Shown here piece after piece: positions 44,342-54,146 of a DNA stretch of 64,000 nt. The translations under genes were made by a program, and so were the position numbers. Source of the stretch: Patescibacteria group bacterium (lineage in GTDB: Bacteria; Patescibacteriota; Microgenomatia; 0-14-0-10-38-17); contig JBMNNJ010000001.1 in NCBI GenBank assembly GCA_050953885.1, forward strand, positions 271,437 to 335,436, in the 5' to 3' direction. Below the pieces are notes generated by a model that made no database searches, was not told the DNA's origin, and saw nothing but the letters and a program-made list of their open reading frames with translations. The first letter of the stretch is position 1; every line of letters starts with the position of its first letter.

Positions 44342-45298
44342 ATGGTAAACTTTCGTTCAATGGTTATTTTCAACAACAAACAAAAAGGAATGCTCCTCCT
44401 GCTACTGGCGCTCTTTTTAAGCTTTCTGACAAAACCGGCGGAAGCGCTTTCTCCTGCTGCTAATCTTAGCCAAATAGAAGAGGCCACCGCTTCTCTTGAG
44501 GCAAGCAAAACCGCCGAAGCAAGCGAGGCAGCCGAAAAAGCCAAGGCGGCCGCAAAATTAACGGAAACTACTGAAGAAGTAAAAGGGCGGCTTGAGTCAA
44601 TTCTTGATAAACAGAAATTAGGACCGCTTACAGTTGCCAACTTTATAAAATACGCTATCCGCCAAGCCGCCGAAATGGGGATTCCCCTAAACACCATTGT
44701 TTTAGTTTTCCTCGTCCCTGTGGCGGCCACTCTGATTGCCTTTTTCCGCTATGTGGTTGGTTTTTCCGGCTTTGGTATCTTCACCCCGGTAATGATTTCG
44801 GTGGCTTTCATCGCCACGGGACTTGGCCAAGGCCTTATTTTATTTTTGGTAATTCTTTTTGTCGCAATTTTATTCCGCTTCCTCACCCGTCGCTTAAGGA
44901 TTCATTTCTTGGCGCGGATGTCTCTTTTGCTTCTCTTTATCTCTTGGGGTGTCTTTGGCTTATTCTACTTTGGTCCTAAAGCAGGTTTTGATCAAGTAGC
45001 CGATATTTCTATCTTCCCCATTTTAATCATGATTCTTTTGGTAGAAAACTTTATGGAAATTCTTATTGGTAAAAGCCGTCGTGAGGCCTTCCAGATGACA
45101 TGGCAAACTCTGCTGGTGGCCATTGTTGGTTATTACCTTTTCAACTGGAGTTGGCTTCAGGAACAGGTTTTGCTTCATCCGGAACCAATTTTTTTGTTGG
45201 TCATTCTTTCTAACCTTTTTTTAGGCCGTTACACAAAACTACGCCTGTCAGAATATCCCCGCTTTTGGCCGATCATCAAAAGTAAAAAACCATCATGA
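44342..45298 (+). CDS. 7TM membrane protein of the 7TM_transglut-type (here without transglutaminase domain), signal peptide plus 7 TM
   Basis: The start was moved to ATG 44342, because the ORF-track N-terminus overlaps tRNA-Leu. It has a signal-like leader, an Ala/Glu-rich linker, then 7 hydrophobic helices. The gene context is that of the ATP-grasp/retropepsin systems. Confidence 0.55.
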   Translation: MVNFRSMVIFNNKQKGMLLLLLALFLSFLTKPAEALSPAANLSQIEEATASLEASKTAEASEAAEKAKAAAKLTETTEEVKGRLESILDKQKLGPLTVANFIKYAIRQAAEMGIPLNTIVLVFLVPVAATLIAFFRYVVGFSGFGIFTPVMISVAFIATGLGQGLILFLVILFVAILFRFLTRRLRIHFLARMSLLLLFISWGVFGLFYFGPKAGFDQVADISIFPILIMILLVENFMEILIGKSRREAFQMTWQTLLVAIVGYYLFNWSWLQEQVLLHPEPIFLLVILSNLFLGRYTKLRLSEYPRFWPIIKSKKPS

Positions 45299-46581
45299 GC
45301 CGTTGGAACGATGTCTTGGGCAAAAACGCCCGTAACAACCGCTACCTTCGCTTAAATACTAAAAAGGGGCGACAAATTGCCGACTCTAAACTTAAAACTA
45401 AAAAAATTTTGCGCCGTTATCAACTGCCTGTCCCGGACCTGATTAAAACTTTTTCTAAACCCGCCACTATTACCAACTTTTCCTGGGAAAATTTACCGGA
45501 AAGTTTTGTTTTAAAACCGTCTCAAGGCTTCGGGGGAGGGGGCATTTTGGTTATTAGAAGAAAAGGGCGCTGGGCAGGAGAATGGGAATTAATGAATGGA
45601 AAAACCGTTGACATCGCCGCCTTACGCTTTCATGCTTTGGAAATTCTTGGGGGCCGCTTCAGCCTTCATAGTTCCCCTGACCAAGCTTTTATTGAAGAAC
45701 GGGTTAAGATTGTCAAAGCTTTTAGTAAATATGCCTATCAGGGCACACCCGATATTCGCGTTATCGTTTTTAACCATGTTCCGGTGATGGCCATGCTGCG
45801 GCTTCCCACCGCCGAATCTGAAGGCAAGGCCAATCTTCATCAGGGAGCGATTGGCGTCGGCATTGATCTAGCTACCGGCATTACCACCCAAGGAGTTTAT
45901 CGCAACCGGCCAATAAAATATGTCCCGGGCACAAAAAGAAAACTTAACGGTCTGAAAATTCCTTATTGGGAGGAAATTCTTCTTTACGCGGTCCGCACCC
46001 AAGAGCAGATTCCTTCTTTGGGTTATTTGGGGATTGATTTTGTTATTTCCAAAAGCAAGGGGCCGCTTATTTTAGAGCTTAATGCCCGCCCGGGTCTTTC
46101 TATCCAAATTTGCAACCAGACCGGTCTTTTAAAAAGATTGGAAAGGGTAGAACGCTTAGAAATTAGAAACGCCGAGCACGGCGTCAGGGTGGCCAAAGCT
46201 CTCTTTGGCGAGAAATTTACCGAAAAAGTAAGCAGCAAGGAAATAACTCCTGTTTTGGGAATTATTGAAGAAGTGGAAATTAAAAATAAAGAAGGGAAAA
46301 AGGTTAAGGTTTTAGCCAAAATTGATACCGGTGCCAGTCGCAGCTCCATTGATGAAGAGCTGGCGAAAAATTTAGGCTTATTGGAAAAAAACAAGATTGT
46401 TTCCTCCAAGAAATATAAAAGCAGCCTTGGCGCCCACCAGGAAAGGCCGTTAATACCCCTCACCTTTTTCCTGCGAGGACGAAAAATTGAAACGCTAGTA
46501 AATGTTTCCAACCGAAGCCACCTGCAAACTAAATTCTTGGTAGGCGCGCCCGACTTGCGGGGATTTTTGATCAAGCCGTGA
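45295..46581 (+). CDS. ATP-grasp enzyme (sugar-transfer-associated/RimK-related type) fused to C-terminal retropepsin-like aspartyl protease domain
   Basis: ATP-grasp core (FVLKPSQGFGGGGILVI; IDFVISKSKGPLILELNARPG). The C-terminal 130 aa carry KIDTGASRSSID, the D-T/S-G-A retropepsin signature of the RimB/Zn_protease family. Confidence 0.7.
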   Translation: MSRWNDVLGKNARNNRYLRLNTKKGRQIADSKLKTKKILRRYQLPVPDLIKTFSKPATITNFSWENLPESFVLKPSQGFGGGGILVIRRKGRWAGEWELMNGKTVDIAALRFHALEILGGRFSLHSSPDQAFIEERVKIVKAFSKYAYQGTPDIRVIVFNHVPVMAMLRLPTAESEGKANLHQGAIGVGIDLATGITTQGVYRNRPIKYVPGTKRKLNGLKIPYWEEILLYAVRTQEQIPSLGYLGIDFVISKSKGPLILELNARPGLSIQICNQTGLLKRLERVERLEIRNAEHGVRVAKALFGEKFTEKVSSKEITPVLGIIEEVEIKNKEGKKVKVLAKIDTGASRSSIDEELAKNLGLLEKNKIVSSKKYKSSLGAHQERPLIPLTFFLRGRKIETLVNVSNRSHLQTKFLVGAPDLRGFLIKP

Positions 46582-46650
46582 GAGACGAGAAAAATGCAAA
46601 TAACTTGTAATGCGTAATAAGCAAACGCAAAAAACAAAGCCTAAATAAAA

Positions 46651-46800
46651 ATTCAAAGACAATAAATAAACTCAAATCTCAAATGTCAAAACTCAAAACT
46701 ACAACTCAAAACTCAAATCTAAAAAACAACTTTAAGTTTTAAAAAGTTTTAACATTTGCCATGTAGTTTTGCCATTTGACATTTGCGTTTTGAGTTTATT
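46651..46800 (-). repeat. MITE-like intergenic repeat, copy 4 (reverse orientation)
   Basis: See copy 1. It begins with the same ATTCAAAGACAATAAATAAACTCAA terminus as copy 1. Confidence 0.8.
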
Positions 46801-46848
46801 TTTCGTGTCTATTCGTTTTTAATTCGTGTCAATTCGTGTTTTCAAAAT

Positions 46849-47739
46849 ATGAAAAAAACCATCGCTATTTTTAGTAGCAATCCCCATGCCTACGCGCCGC
46901 ACCGGTTTGCCGAAGAGGCAAGAAAAAAAGGTTTTTCTGCCGCTACTTTTGGCTACCAAGAGGTTGATCTTTATTTTACCTCAAAAGGAGAAAGAAAAAT
47001 CTTCTTGAAAGAAAAAAAAATAACAGAACCGTTTTTGGGGGCAATTTTTCGCTCCTCAAGAAACCCTCACCATATTTTTACCCCCCAGCGCGATTGTCTT
47101 CTAAATTTTTTTCTTCAACAAAAAACCATCGTCTTAAATCAAACTATTTATCAAAAGTGGCCCATCTTGGACAAAATTACCGAACATCTTGTTCTTTCTC
47201 AAAATAAGCTCCCCCTCGCCGCCTCTTGGATTTTTGGTTCTTCCCCAAAACTTAAAGAAAAAATAAAATTGCCGGCGGTTTTAAAATTTTATTTAGGCAG
47301 CCATGGCTCGCGAGTATTTAAGGTAAGAAATTCTCACGAGCTTAAAAAAATTTTAGCTTATTTCCCCGCTGAAAACCTCCTTGTTCAGGAAATCCTGCCC
47401 GAAGGCGAAGATTTACGGGTAATTGTTCTTGGCGGAAAAGCCTTAGGGGCAATGAAAAAAAAGGCCGCGCCGGGAAAATTTGTTACCAACTATTCTGCCG
47501 GCGGTAGCGTCAGTCCCTATAGTCTTAACAGCGATCAGTCAGCCAAGGTTTTAGCCGAAAAAACCGCCAAAATTTTTAAAGCTGATTTTTGCGGCGTTGA
47601 TTTAATGAAAGACACCCAGGGAGAATGGCGAGTTTTGGAGGTAAACACCGACTGCCAATTTGAAGGTTTTGAAAAAGCCACCGGCATCAACGTTGCCCAA
47701 AAAGTTATTGAGTTTTTGATTAAGCAAAAAACGTGGTAA
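46849..47739 (+). CDS. rimK: RimK-family alpha-L-glutamate ligase (ATP-grasp)
   Basis: RimK pre-ATP-grasp and ATP-grasp motifs (LRVIVLGGKALGAMKKKA; FCGVDLM; LEVN). The start is at ATG 46849. Confidence 0.8.
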   Translation: MKKTIAIFSSNPHAYAPHRFAEEARKKGFSAATFGYQEVDLYFTSKGERKIFLKEKKITEPFLGAIFRSSRNPHHIFTPQRDCLLNFFLQQKTIVLNQTIYQKWPILDKITEHLVLSQNKLPLAASWIFGSSPKLKEKIKLPAVLKFYLGSHGSRVFKVRNSHELKKILAYFPAENLLVQEILPEGEDLRVIVLGGKALGAMKKKAAPGKFVTNYSAGGSVSPYSLNSDQSAKVLAEKTAKIFKADFCGVDLMKDTQGEWRVLEVNTDCQFEGFEKATGINVAQKVIEFLIKQKTW

Positions 47740-47751
47740 AATGAAAGTCTG

Positions 47752-48792
47752 GTGAAGAAAAAACTCATTATTCTCTCCATTATTGCCTTTTCTCTTTTAG
47801 CGGCGGCGCTTGTTTTCCGCTCCCCAATTGGGGCCCAAGAAATTGCCACCGGGAGAGTAGAGCGGAAAAATTTAACCGAAAAATTAACCGTTTCCGGCGA
47901 GGTTAATGCCGAGGAAAAAGCCTCCTTGAAATTCCAAACCAGTGGCCTTTTATCGTGGGTAGGCGTTAAAGAAGGCGATTGGGTAAAAAAAGGTCAGGCA
48001 ATTGCTTCCCTGGATCAGCGGGAATTAAAAAAACGGCTGGAAAAAGAACTTAATGATTATATGACCGTCCGCTGGGATTTTGAGCAAACCCACGAGGACT
48101 ATAAAGACTACAAAGACCGCTATCTTTTAACCGACGAGATGAAACGAATTTTAGAAAAAGCTCAATTTGGCTTAAGCAATGCCGTTATTGACGTTGAGCT
48201 AGCGGATTTAGCGATAAAATACGCCACTATCACCACTCCCATTACGGGATTGGTCACCCATATTGACACCCCCTTGGCGGGAATAAATATCACCCCGGCC
48301 ACAGCCACTTTTGAAATTGTTAACCCGGACTCGGTTTATTTTGAAGCCCGCATCGATGAGCTGGAAATCGGCAAAATAAAAGAAGGGCAAACGGCAATTA
48401 TTACCTTAGACTCTTATCCGGAAAAAACTTTTGCAGGGGAAATTACCGCCATTGACTTTGCCGCCTCAACGGTTGGGGGCAGTAAAGTTTTCTTAACCAA
48501 AATCTCCCTCCCCGCAAATTCCGACCGGCAATTTCGTCTTGGCATGGGAGGAGATGCGGAAATTATCCTAAACGAAAAAGAAAATGTCTTGGTTGTTCCC
48601 GCCGAAGTTCTTGTTAGGCGAGAAAAAAATTTCGTTTGGGTGGTTGATAACGAAGGGAAAGCAAGGAGAAAAGAGATAGAGGTAGGGCTGGAGACCGATG
48701 AAGAAGTAGAAATCGTGGGCGGCCTCGAAGAAGGAACAGAAATTATCACTAAAGGAATAACCGGTCTTAAAGAAGGCCAAAAAATCCGTTAA
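47752..48792 (+). CDS. Efflux transporter periplasmic adaptor subunit (HlyD/MacA family)
   Basis: GTG start. N-terminal anchor, biotin-lipoyl-like hairpins, and a coiled coil, typical of membrane-fusion proteins. It precedes the MacB-like ABC pair. Confidence 0.8.
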   Translation: MKKKLIILSIIAFSLLAAALVFRSPIGAQEIATGRVERKNLTEKLTVSGEVNAEEKASLKFQTSGLLSWVGVKEGDWVKKGQAIASLDQRELKKRLEKELNDYMTVRWDFEQTHEDYKDYKDRYLLTDEMKRILEKAQFGLSNAVIDVELADLAIKYATITTPITGLVTHIDTPLAGINITPATATFEIVNPDSVYFEARIDELEIGKIKEGQTAIITLDSYPEKTFAGEITAIDFAASTVGGSKVFLTKISLPANSDRQFRLGMGGDAEIILNEKENVLVVPAEVLVRREKNFVWVVDNEGKARRKEIEVGLETDEEVEIVGGLEEGTEIITKGITGLKEGQKIR

Positions 48793-48804
48793 TTTTCCCC
48801 TTTT

Positions 48805-49497
48805 ATGGCTTCCCTTCTCAAATTGGAGCAGGTCTCCAAAATTTACCAGATGGACGGAGTAAAAGTAGAAGCGCTTAAAAATATTTCTTTTAAGGTTTGC
48901 AAAGGTGAATTTTTGGTTATTATGGGCCCCTCCGGCTCGGGAAAATCAACCTTAATGCACCTAATCGGCCTACTTGATCGACCAACAGCTGGCCAAATAT
49001 TCTTAAACGGCAAGCCGGTAAGCAAACTTTCTGAAAAAGAGCAGGCGCGTCTGCGTAATAAGGAAATTGGTTTTGTTTTTCAATTTTTTAATCTTCTGGA
49101 ACGCACCTCGGCCCTAGATAATGTTCGCTTACCACTTTTTTATGCTGGCGTAAAACCCCGGGAACAAGAAAAAAGAGCCAAAGAAGCGCTCGAACAAGTT
49201 GGTCTTGGCCATCGGCTAAACCATTATCCTTCCCAACTCTCCGGAGGAGAGCGCCAACGGGTGGCGATTGCCCGCGCTTTAGTTAACAATCCTTCTCTTA
49301 TCTTAGCCGATGAACCGACAGGAAATTTAGATTCGAAATCGGGAAAAGAAATTATGGAGATTATTGCCTCCCTTCACCGCGAGGGGAGAACAGTTATTTT
49401 GATCACCCATGACTCCTCTCTTAACCATTATGGACAAAGACTGATCGTTGTTAAAGACGGCCAAATTATCGAAGAAAAAAACTATGAAGCTGATTGA
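48805..49497 (+). CDS. ABC transporter ATP-binding protein (MacB/LolD-type)
   Basis: Walker [10 protein letters not shown]. Signature [15 protein letters not shown]. Walker B ILADEPT. Confidence 0.9.
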   Translation: MASLLKLEQVSKIYQMDGVKVEALKNISFKVCKGEFLVIMGPSGSGKSTLMHLIGLLDRPTAGQIFLNGKPVSKLSEKEQARLRNKEIGFVFQFFNLLERTSALDNVRLPLFYAGVKPREQEKRAKEALEQVGLGHRLNHYPSQLSGGERQRVAIARALVNNPSLILADEPTGNLDSKSGKEIMEIIASLHREGRTVILITHDSSLNHYGQRLIVVKDGQIIEEKNYEAD

Positions 49498-50737
49498 TTT
49501 TTTAAAATTAGCCATTAAAAGCCTTTTAGTCAATAAACTGCGGACTTTTTTAACCATGCTGGGCATTATTATCGGCGTTGGCTCGGTGATTATGCTCATG
49601 TCGGTAGGAGCGGGGGTACAAACTTTTGTCAACCAGCAATTTGAACTGATTGGCGCAAATAATATCTTTATTATCCCCGGCCAGATGGGAGAAATGGCAA
49701 TGATGGGTGCAGGAGGAGGCAGTGGCAGCTCATCAACCGGCCAAACCACTTCCCAAGGAGGCTCGCTAGCCACCATGAGCACTTCAAAACTCAAGGAAAA
49801 ACATGTTAAAGGAATAAAGCGATTAAGCAGTGATATTTTAGAAGCAACAGGGACCATCGAAGTGCCCGCGAAAGCCACTTATAAAAACGAGGCTATTTTT
49901 GCTTCTCTTTCGGGGATTGATGAAAATTTTTTCGCCGCCAGTAATTTAGCCGTCCAGGTAGGTCGACCGATTGAGGAAAAAGATATCTTAAACAAAAGAA
50001 AAGTGGCCGTTATTGGCCCGGAGGTAGGCGAAGAACTTTTCCCCGGCATTGACCCTTTAGGAAAAAAAATCATCGTCGCTAATGTTTCTTTTGAGGTGGT
50101 GGGAATAACGGAAAAAAGAGGTACCGGCGGCATCGGCGGTAATATTGACCGGGTGATTTATGTTCCCTTTCCGATCGTCCAGAGCTTGACGGAAAAAGAA
50201 GGCCTACAGGCAATTTTAGTTAAGGTCTCCGATCGGGAAAAAATTCCCCAAATAATCGCTTTAATTAAAGATTATCTTTCTTCCGAACTTGACGAAAACG
50301 AATTTTCAGTTATAGATCAGACCAAAATTTTGGAAACGGTTAACGCGATTTTAACCATCTTAACTTACGCCTTAACCGCCATCGCTGCCATTTCCCTCTT
50401 AGTCGGCGGCGTGGGGATTATGAATATTATGTTTGTTTCCGTGGTTGAACGCACTAAAGAAATTGGCATCAGAAAAGCGGTGGGCGCCACATCGGGGAAC
50501 ATCCGCTCTCAATTTTTAACCGAGGCGGTGATTTTAAGTCTTTTTGGAGGTATTTTAGGAGTTGGTTTTGGGGTTTTGGGGGCCCAAATTGCCAACCGCT
50601 GGCTTACCACTACCGTCACCCCTTCTTCTATTATCCTTTCCCTAGGCGTGTGCTCTCTTATTGGAATTATTTTCGGTGTTGCCCCCGCCGCCCGGGCCGC
50701 CAAACTTGATCCGGTTGAGGCGCTGCGGTACGAGTAA
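49484..50737 (+). CDS. ABC transporter permease (MacB/FtsX-like, MacB_PCD plus FtsX domains)
   Basis: N-terminal TM, a large periplasmic domain, and a C-terminal FtsX-type 3-TM bundle. It overlaps the ATPase gene by 14 nt. Confidence 0.85.
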   Translation: MKLIDFLKLAIKSLLVNKLRTFLTMLGIIIGVGSVIMLMSVGAGVQTFVNQQFELIGANNIFIIPGQMGEMAMMGAGGGSGSSSTGQTTSQGGSLATMSTSKLKEKHVKGIKRLSSDILEATGTIEVPAKATYKNEAIFASLSGIDENFFAASNLAVQVGRPIEEKDILNKRKVAVIGPEVGEELFPGIDPLGKKIIVANVSFEVVGITEKRGTGGIGGNIDRVIYVPFPIVQSLTEKEGLQAILVKVSDREKIPQIIALIKDYLSSELDENEFSVIDQTKILETVNAILTILTYALTAIAAISLLVGGVGIMNIMFVSVVERTKEIGIRKAVGATSGNIRSQFLTEAVILSLFGGILGVGFGVLGAQIANRWLTTTVTPSSIILSLGVCSLIGIIFGVAPAARAAKLDPVEALRYE

Positions 50738-50912
50738 AAATACACGAATTAGCACGAATGGGAAACGAAAGAACACGAATGAGCGAATGAAATGTTGTAG
50801 GGGCGTATTGCATACGCCCGCAACAATTTAACAGTTTAACAATATAACAATATAACAATTTGTTTACCATTTTTCTCTTGTTAAGATTGTCTCTTCGTGT
50901 TATCATAATCTT

Positions 50913-51200
50913 ATGAAAAATGAAGAAAGAGGCTATGAACTAACCGTTCTTTTTCCTCTCCAGCTTAAAGAAAAAGATAAAACCCAAGAAGCTCTCAAAA
51001 AGGAAATTGAAAAAGCAGGCATAATAGAAAAAGAAGAAGATTGGGGAGAAAAAAAATTAGCTTATCCGATTAAAAAGAATGAAAGAGGGCATTTTTATTT
51101 CTACGAGCTTCGGACAAGCCCTGAAAAAATTAAAACTCTTGACGGATGGCTAAAATTAAACGAAAATATTCTTCGTTATCTAATTGTTTTAAAAGTTTAA
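50913..51200 (+). CDS. rpsF: 30S ribosomal protein S6
   Basis: YELTVLF...GEKKLAYPIKK...GHFY matches the bS6 family. It belongs to the rpsF-ssb-rpsR cluster. Confidence 0.85.
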   Translation: MKNEERGYELTVLFPLQLKEKDKTQEALKKEIEKAGIIEKEEDWGEKKLAYPIKKNERGHFYFYELRTSPEKIKTLDGWLKLNENILRYLIVLKV

Positions 51201-51213
51201 GGGGGTGAAAAGA

Positions 51214-51708
51214 ATGGCCAGTCGCTCGTTAAACAAAGTCATGCTCATCGGCAATTTAACCCGTGACCCTGAATTGCGCTATACGCCGCAGGGAACGGCC
51301 GTTTGCACCCTTGGTTTGGCCACCAATTATTCTTGGACCACCGAACAGGGTGAAAAAAAAGAAAGCGTCGAATTTCATCGTTTAGTGGCTTGGAATAAAT
51401 TAGCCGAAATTTGTTCCCAATTGCTTTTTAAAGGGAGAAAAATATATGTGGAGGGGAGGCTGCAAACCCGACAATGGGAAGGTCAGGACGGCGCCAGCCG
51501 GCAAACCACAGAAATCGTTATCACTGACATGATTATCTTAGATTCCCGTCGGGAGCAGGAAGAAGGAGGAGAAACCACCGCCGGTGAAGAAAAAACGCCA
51601 ACGGTAATCCCGGAAGAAACTGCCCCAAAAGAAGACGCTAAAGAAAAAGAAAGCAAGGAAAAAAATCCGCCCGAGGAAGAAGTTAAAGCGGAGGATATTC
51701 CTTTCTAA
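51214..51708 (+). CDS. ssb: Single-stranded DNA-binding protein
   Basis: OB-fold NKVMLIGNLTRDPELRYTPQGTAV. The acidic tail ends in DIPF. ATG 51214 is preceded by AGGGGGTG. Confidence 0.9.
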   Translation: MASRSLNKVMLIGNLTRDPELRYTPQGTAVCTLGLATNYSWTTEQGEKKESVEFHRLVAWNKLAEICSQLLFKGRKIYVEGRLQTRQWEGQDGASRQTTEIVITDMIILDSRREQEEGGETTAGEEKTPTVIPEETAPKEDAKEKESKEKNPPEEEVKAEDIPF

Positions 51709-51935
51709 ACCTTACCAAAAAATAAAAAAGGGGGAAAATGTTGTTGGATTTGTAGGGGCGGGGTTTCCCCGCCCGAAATCAAACGGGTCGGAAAACCCGA
51801 CCCCTACAGGGAACAGACATACAAATTTATTACAACCTCCAGCAATGAAACAATGAAACAATGAAACGATACACATTCGTATCCATTCGTTTCTTTTAAC
51901 AATTTAGCAGTTTAACAATTCAACAATTTAACCAT

Positions 51936-52178
51936 ATGAAAAGAAAAATAAAACCGGTTAAGAAAAGAAAAAGCACCAAAAAATGCTTTTTTTGCCAGAA
52001 GAAGAAAGAACCCGATTATAAAAACTGGGAAGAGCTAAAACCATTCTTAAGTGAATGGGCGCGGATTTTGCCCCGCGAGGTAAGCGGCCTTTGCGCTAAA
52101 CACCAGCGCCGGCTAACTCGTGAAATTAAAAAAGCGCGCTTTTTGGCTTTACTTCCTTATGTGAGAAGAGTAGAGTAG
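51936..52178 (+). CDS. rpsR: 30S ribosomal protein S18
   Basis: CFFC...[36 protein letters not shown] matches bS18. Confidence 0.85.
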   Translation: MKRKIKPVKKRKSTKKCFFCQKKKEPDYKNWEELKPFLSEWARILPREVSGLCAKHQRRLTREIKKARFLALLPYVRRVE

Positions 52179-52183
52179 AGGAT

Positions 52184-52912
52184 ATGGAATTTTCTTTTCT
52201 CTTCCCCCTGCCAGCTAAAATCGAGCTTAACATTGGTCAAGGGGAAAAAATCAAAGAAGGCGATATTCTTGGCCACTACCTTTCCGAAAAAAAAATCAGC
52301 CTTAACTTAGCCCAAAAATTAGGTCTCCCCCCTAAAAAAGTCGGTCAAGCTTTAGCCATTAGTTTGGGAAACAGCATTAAACAAGGCGATCTTTTGGCAG
52401 AGAAAAAAAGCCTTTGGGGTCCCGGCGTTAAAATTTACTCCCCTGTCGGGGGCAAAGCTTTTTCTTTTGATCAAGAAAGGGGAATCTTAACTCTTGTTTC
52501 ACCGGCAAAAAAAGTGGCGGTGCGCGCCCCCATCAACGGAAAAATAGAGAAAGTTGAAAAGGAGGGATTGGTTATTAAAACCGAAGGAACAATTTTCCCT
52601 CTTTGCTGGGCAAAAGGAAAAATTGTTTTTGGTCCCTTAAAAAAATATACCGGTTCTTTGGCAAACTTAAGTATCGAAGACCGGGGAAAAATTCTTCTTT
52701 TTACAGAAATTATCAACCTAAGTTTAATTAAAAAAAGCGAAGCTTTAAAAATTAAAGGCTTGATAAGTGCTAAAAAAAGCGACGATTTTCCTACCTTTCT
52801 TACTCTTGCCCAACTTAAAAATCCGGATGATGAGAAAAAGATTGCCGCTTATGAAAATCAAAAAGCGGTTTTAGACCCGAAAAATAAAGTGTTGGCAATT
52901 GTTAATTCTTAA
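52184..52912 (+). CDS. Hypothetical protein
   Basis: The ORF is co-directional and tightly spaced with rpsR and ctpA. Repeated GD[IL]L motifs suggest lipoyl-like hybrid barrels. I recognise no family. Confidence 0.4.
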   Translation: MEFSFLFPLPAKIELNIGQGEKIKEGDILGHYLSEKKISLNLAQKLGLPPKKVGQALAISLGNSIKQGDLLAEKKSLWGPGVKIYSPVGGKAFSFDQERGILTLVSPAKKVAVRAPINGKIEKVEKEGLVIKTEGTIFPLCWAKGKIVFGPLKKYTGSLANLSIEDRGKILLFTEIINLSLIKKSEALKIKGLISAKKSDDFPTFLTLAQLKNPDDEKKIAAYENQKAVLDPKNKVLAIVNS

Positions 52913-52914
52913 AA

Positions 52915-54144
52915 ATGACGTCTAAAAAATTACGCCGCTTAATTATTGCGGTTACGATTTTAATTTTTGTTTTTTGGGCGGGCTGGCAGGCAAAAGAATT
53001 AAGTTTCAAAAAGACTATTTCCTCTCGCGCTTCTTCTTTTTCGCAAAAGTTAGCTACCTCTCCCTTGCTCTTGGAAACCCTTTCCTCCCTTGAACGTTCT
53101 TTTTTGGAAAAAGAAAAACTCCAAAATGAAGAAGAACTAATTTACGGCGCCATTGAAGGAACCGTGGCCGCCTTAGGCGATCCTTACACCGTTTTTTTAC
53201 CCCCCAAAGATAATCAGGGCTTTAAAGAAGATTTGGCGGGCAGTTTCAGCGGCGTGGGTATTCAGCTGGGTTATAAAGACAGTCAATTAGTGGTTATTGC
53301 CCCTTTAGAAGGCAGCCCTGCCTTAAAAAGCGGTATTCGCGCCGGCGATGTGATTATTCATATCAAGGATGATAAAAAAGGCATTGACCAAAGCGCCTTA
53401 GGTCTTTCCTCGGCGGAAGCGGTGGAATTAATTCGCGGCCCCAAGGGAACACCGGTTACTCTGACGGTTATTCACCAAGATGAAGAAAATCCCGTTGAAG
53501 TTACCATTATTCGCGAAGAAATCACTGTCCCCAGCGTAGAACTGGCAATGGCAGAAAAAGACGGGAAAAAAATCGCCCACCTGAAATTAACCCAATTCGG
53601 CGACCGCCTTGAAGAAGAATGGTCGCAGGCCATCAACAAAATTCTTACCATCAAAAACGCGCCCGAATTTGGCGGCGTGGTGCTTGACTTGCGCAATAAT
53701 CCCGGCGGTTATTTAGACGGCGCCGTTTACATTACCTCGGAATTTTTAAGCCAAGGAGTAGTTGTCCAACAGGAAGGGGAGGGGGGCAGGAAGCAATCCT
53801 TCACCGTTAACCGCCGCGGCCAACTAACTGATGTTTCCTTGGTTGTTTTGATTAATCAGGGAAGCGCTTCGGCCTCCGAAATTGTCGCCGGCGCCCTGCG
53901 AGAAAACAAAGGGATCCTTCTTATAGGGGAGACTTCTTTTGGCAAGGGAACAATACAGGAATCGCAGGAGTTAACGGGGGGGGCGGGTCTTCACATTACC
54001 GTTGCCCGTTGGCTTTTGCCTAATGGCGATTCTATTGATAAAGTCGGCTTAAAACCGGATATTGAAGTTAAAGACGAAGAAACCGAAGAAAATCAAGATC
54101 CGGTTTTGGAAAAAGCCTTAGAAGAATTAACCCAAAAAAGCTAA
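52915..54144 (+). CDS. ctpA: C-terminal processing peptidase (S41) with PDZ domain
   Basis: PDZ (GIQLGYKDSQLVVIAPLEGSPALKSGIRAGDVII). S41 catalytic region (VLINQGSASASEIVAGAL; GETSFGKG). Confidence 0.85.
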   Translation: MTSKKLRRLIIAVTILIFVFWAGWQAKELSFKKTISSRASSFSQKLATSPLLLETLSSLERSFLEKEKLQNEEELIYGAIEGTVAALGDPYTVFLPPKDNQGFKEDLAGSFSGVGIQLGYKDSQLVVIAPLEGSPALKSGIRAGDVIIHIKDDKKGIDQSALGLSSAEAVELIRGPKGTPVTLTVIHQDEENPVEVTIIREEITVPSVELAMAEKDGKKIAHLKLTQFGDRLEEEWSQAINKILTIKNAPEFGGVVLDLRNNPGGYLDGAVYITSEFLSQGVVVQQEGEGGRKQSFTVNRRGQLTDVSLVVLINQGSASASEIVAGALRENKGILLIGETSFGKGTIQESQELTGGAGLHITVARWLLPNGDSIDKVGLKPDIEVKDEETEENQDPVLEKALEELTQKS

Positions 54145-54146
54145 AA

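Noticed and set aside
52184-52912. Ribosomal protein L9 (rplI) expected after rpsR
   Set aside because: The sequence has no similarity to the bL9 N-terminal domain (MKVILLxDVxxLGKKGE). It is left as hypothetical.
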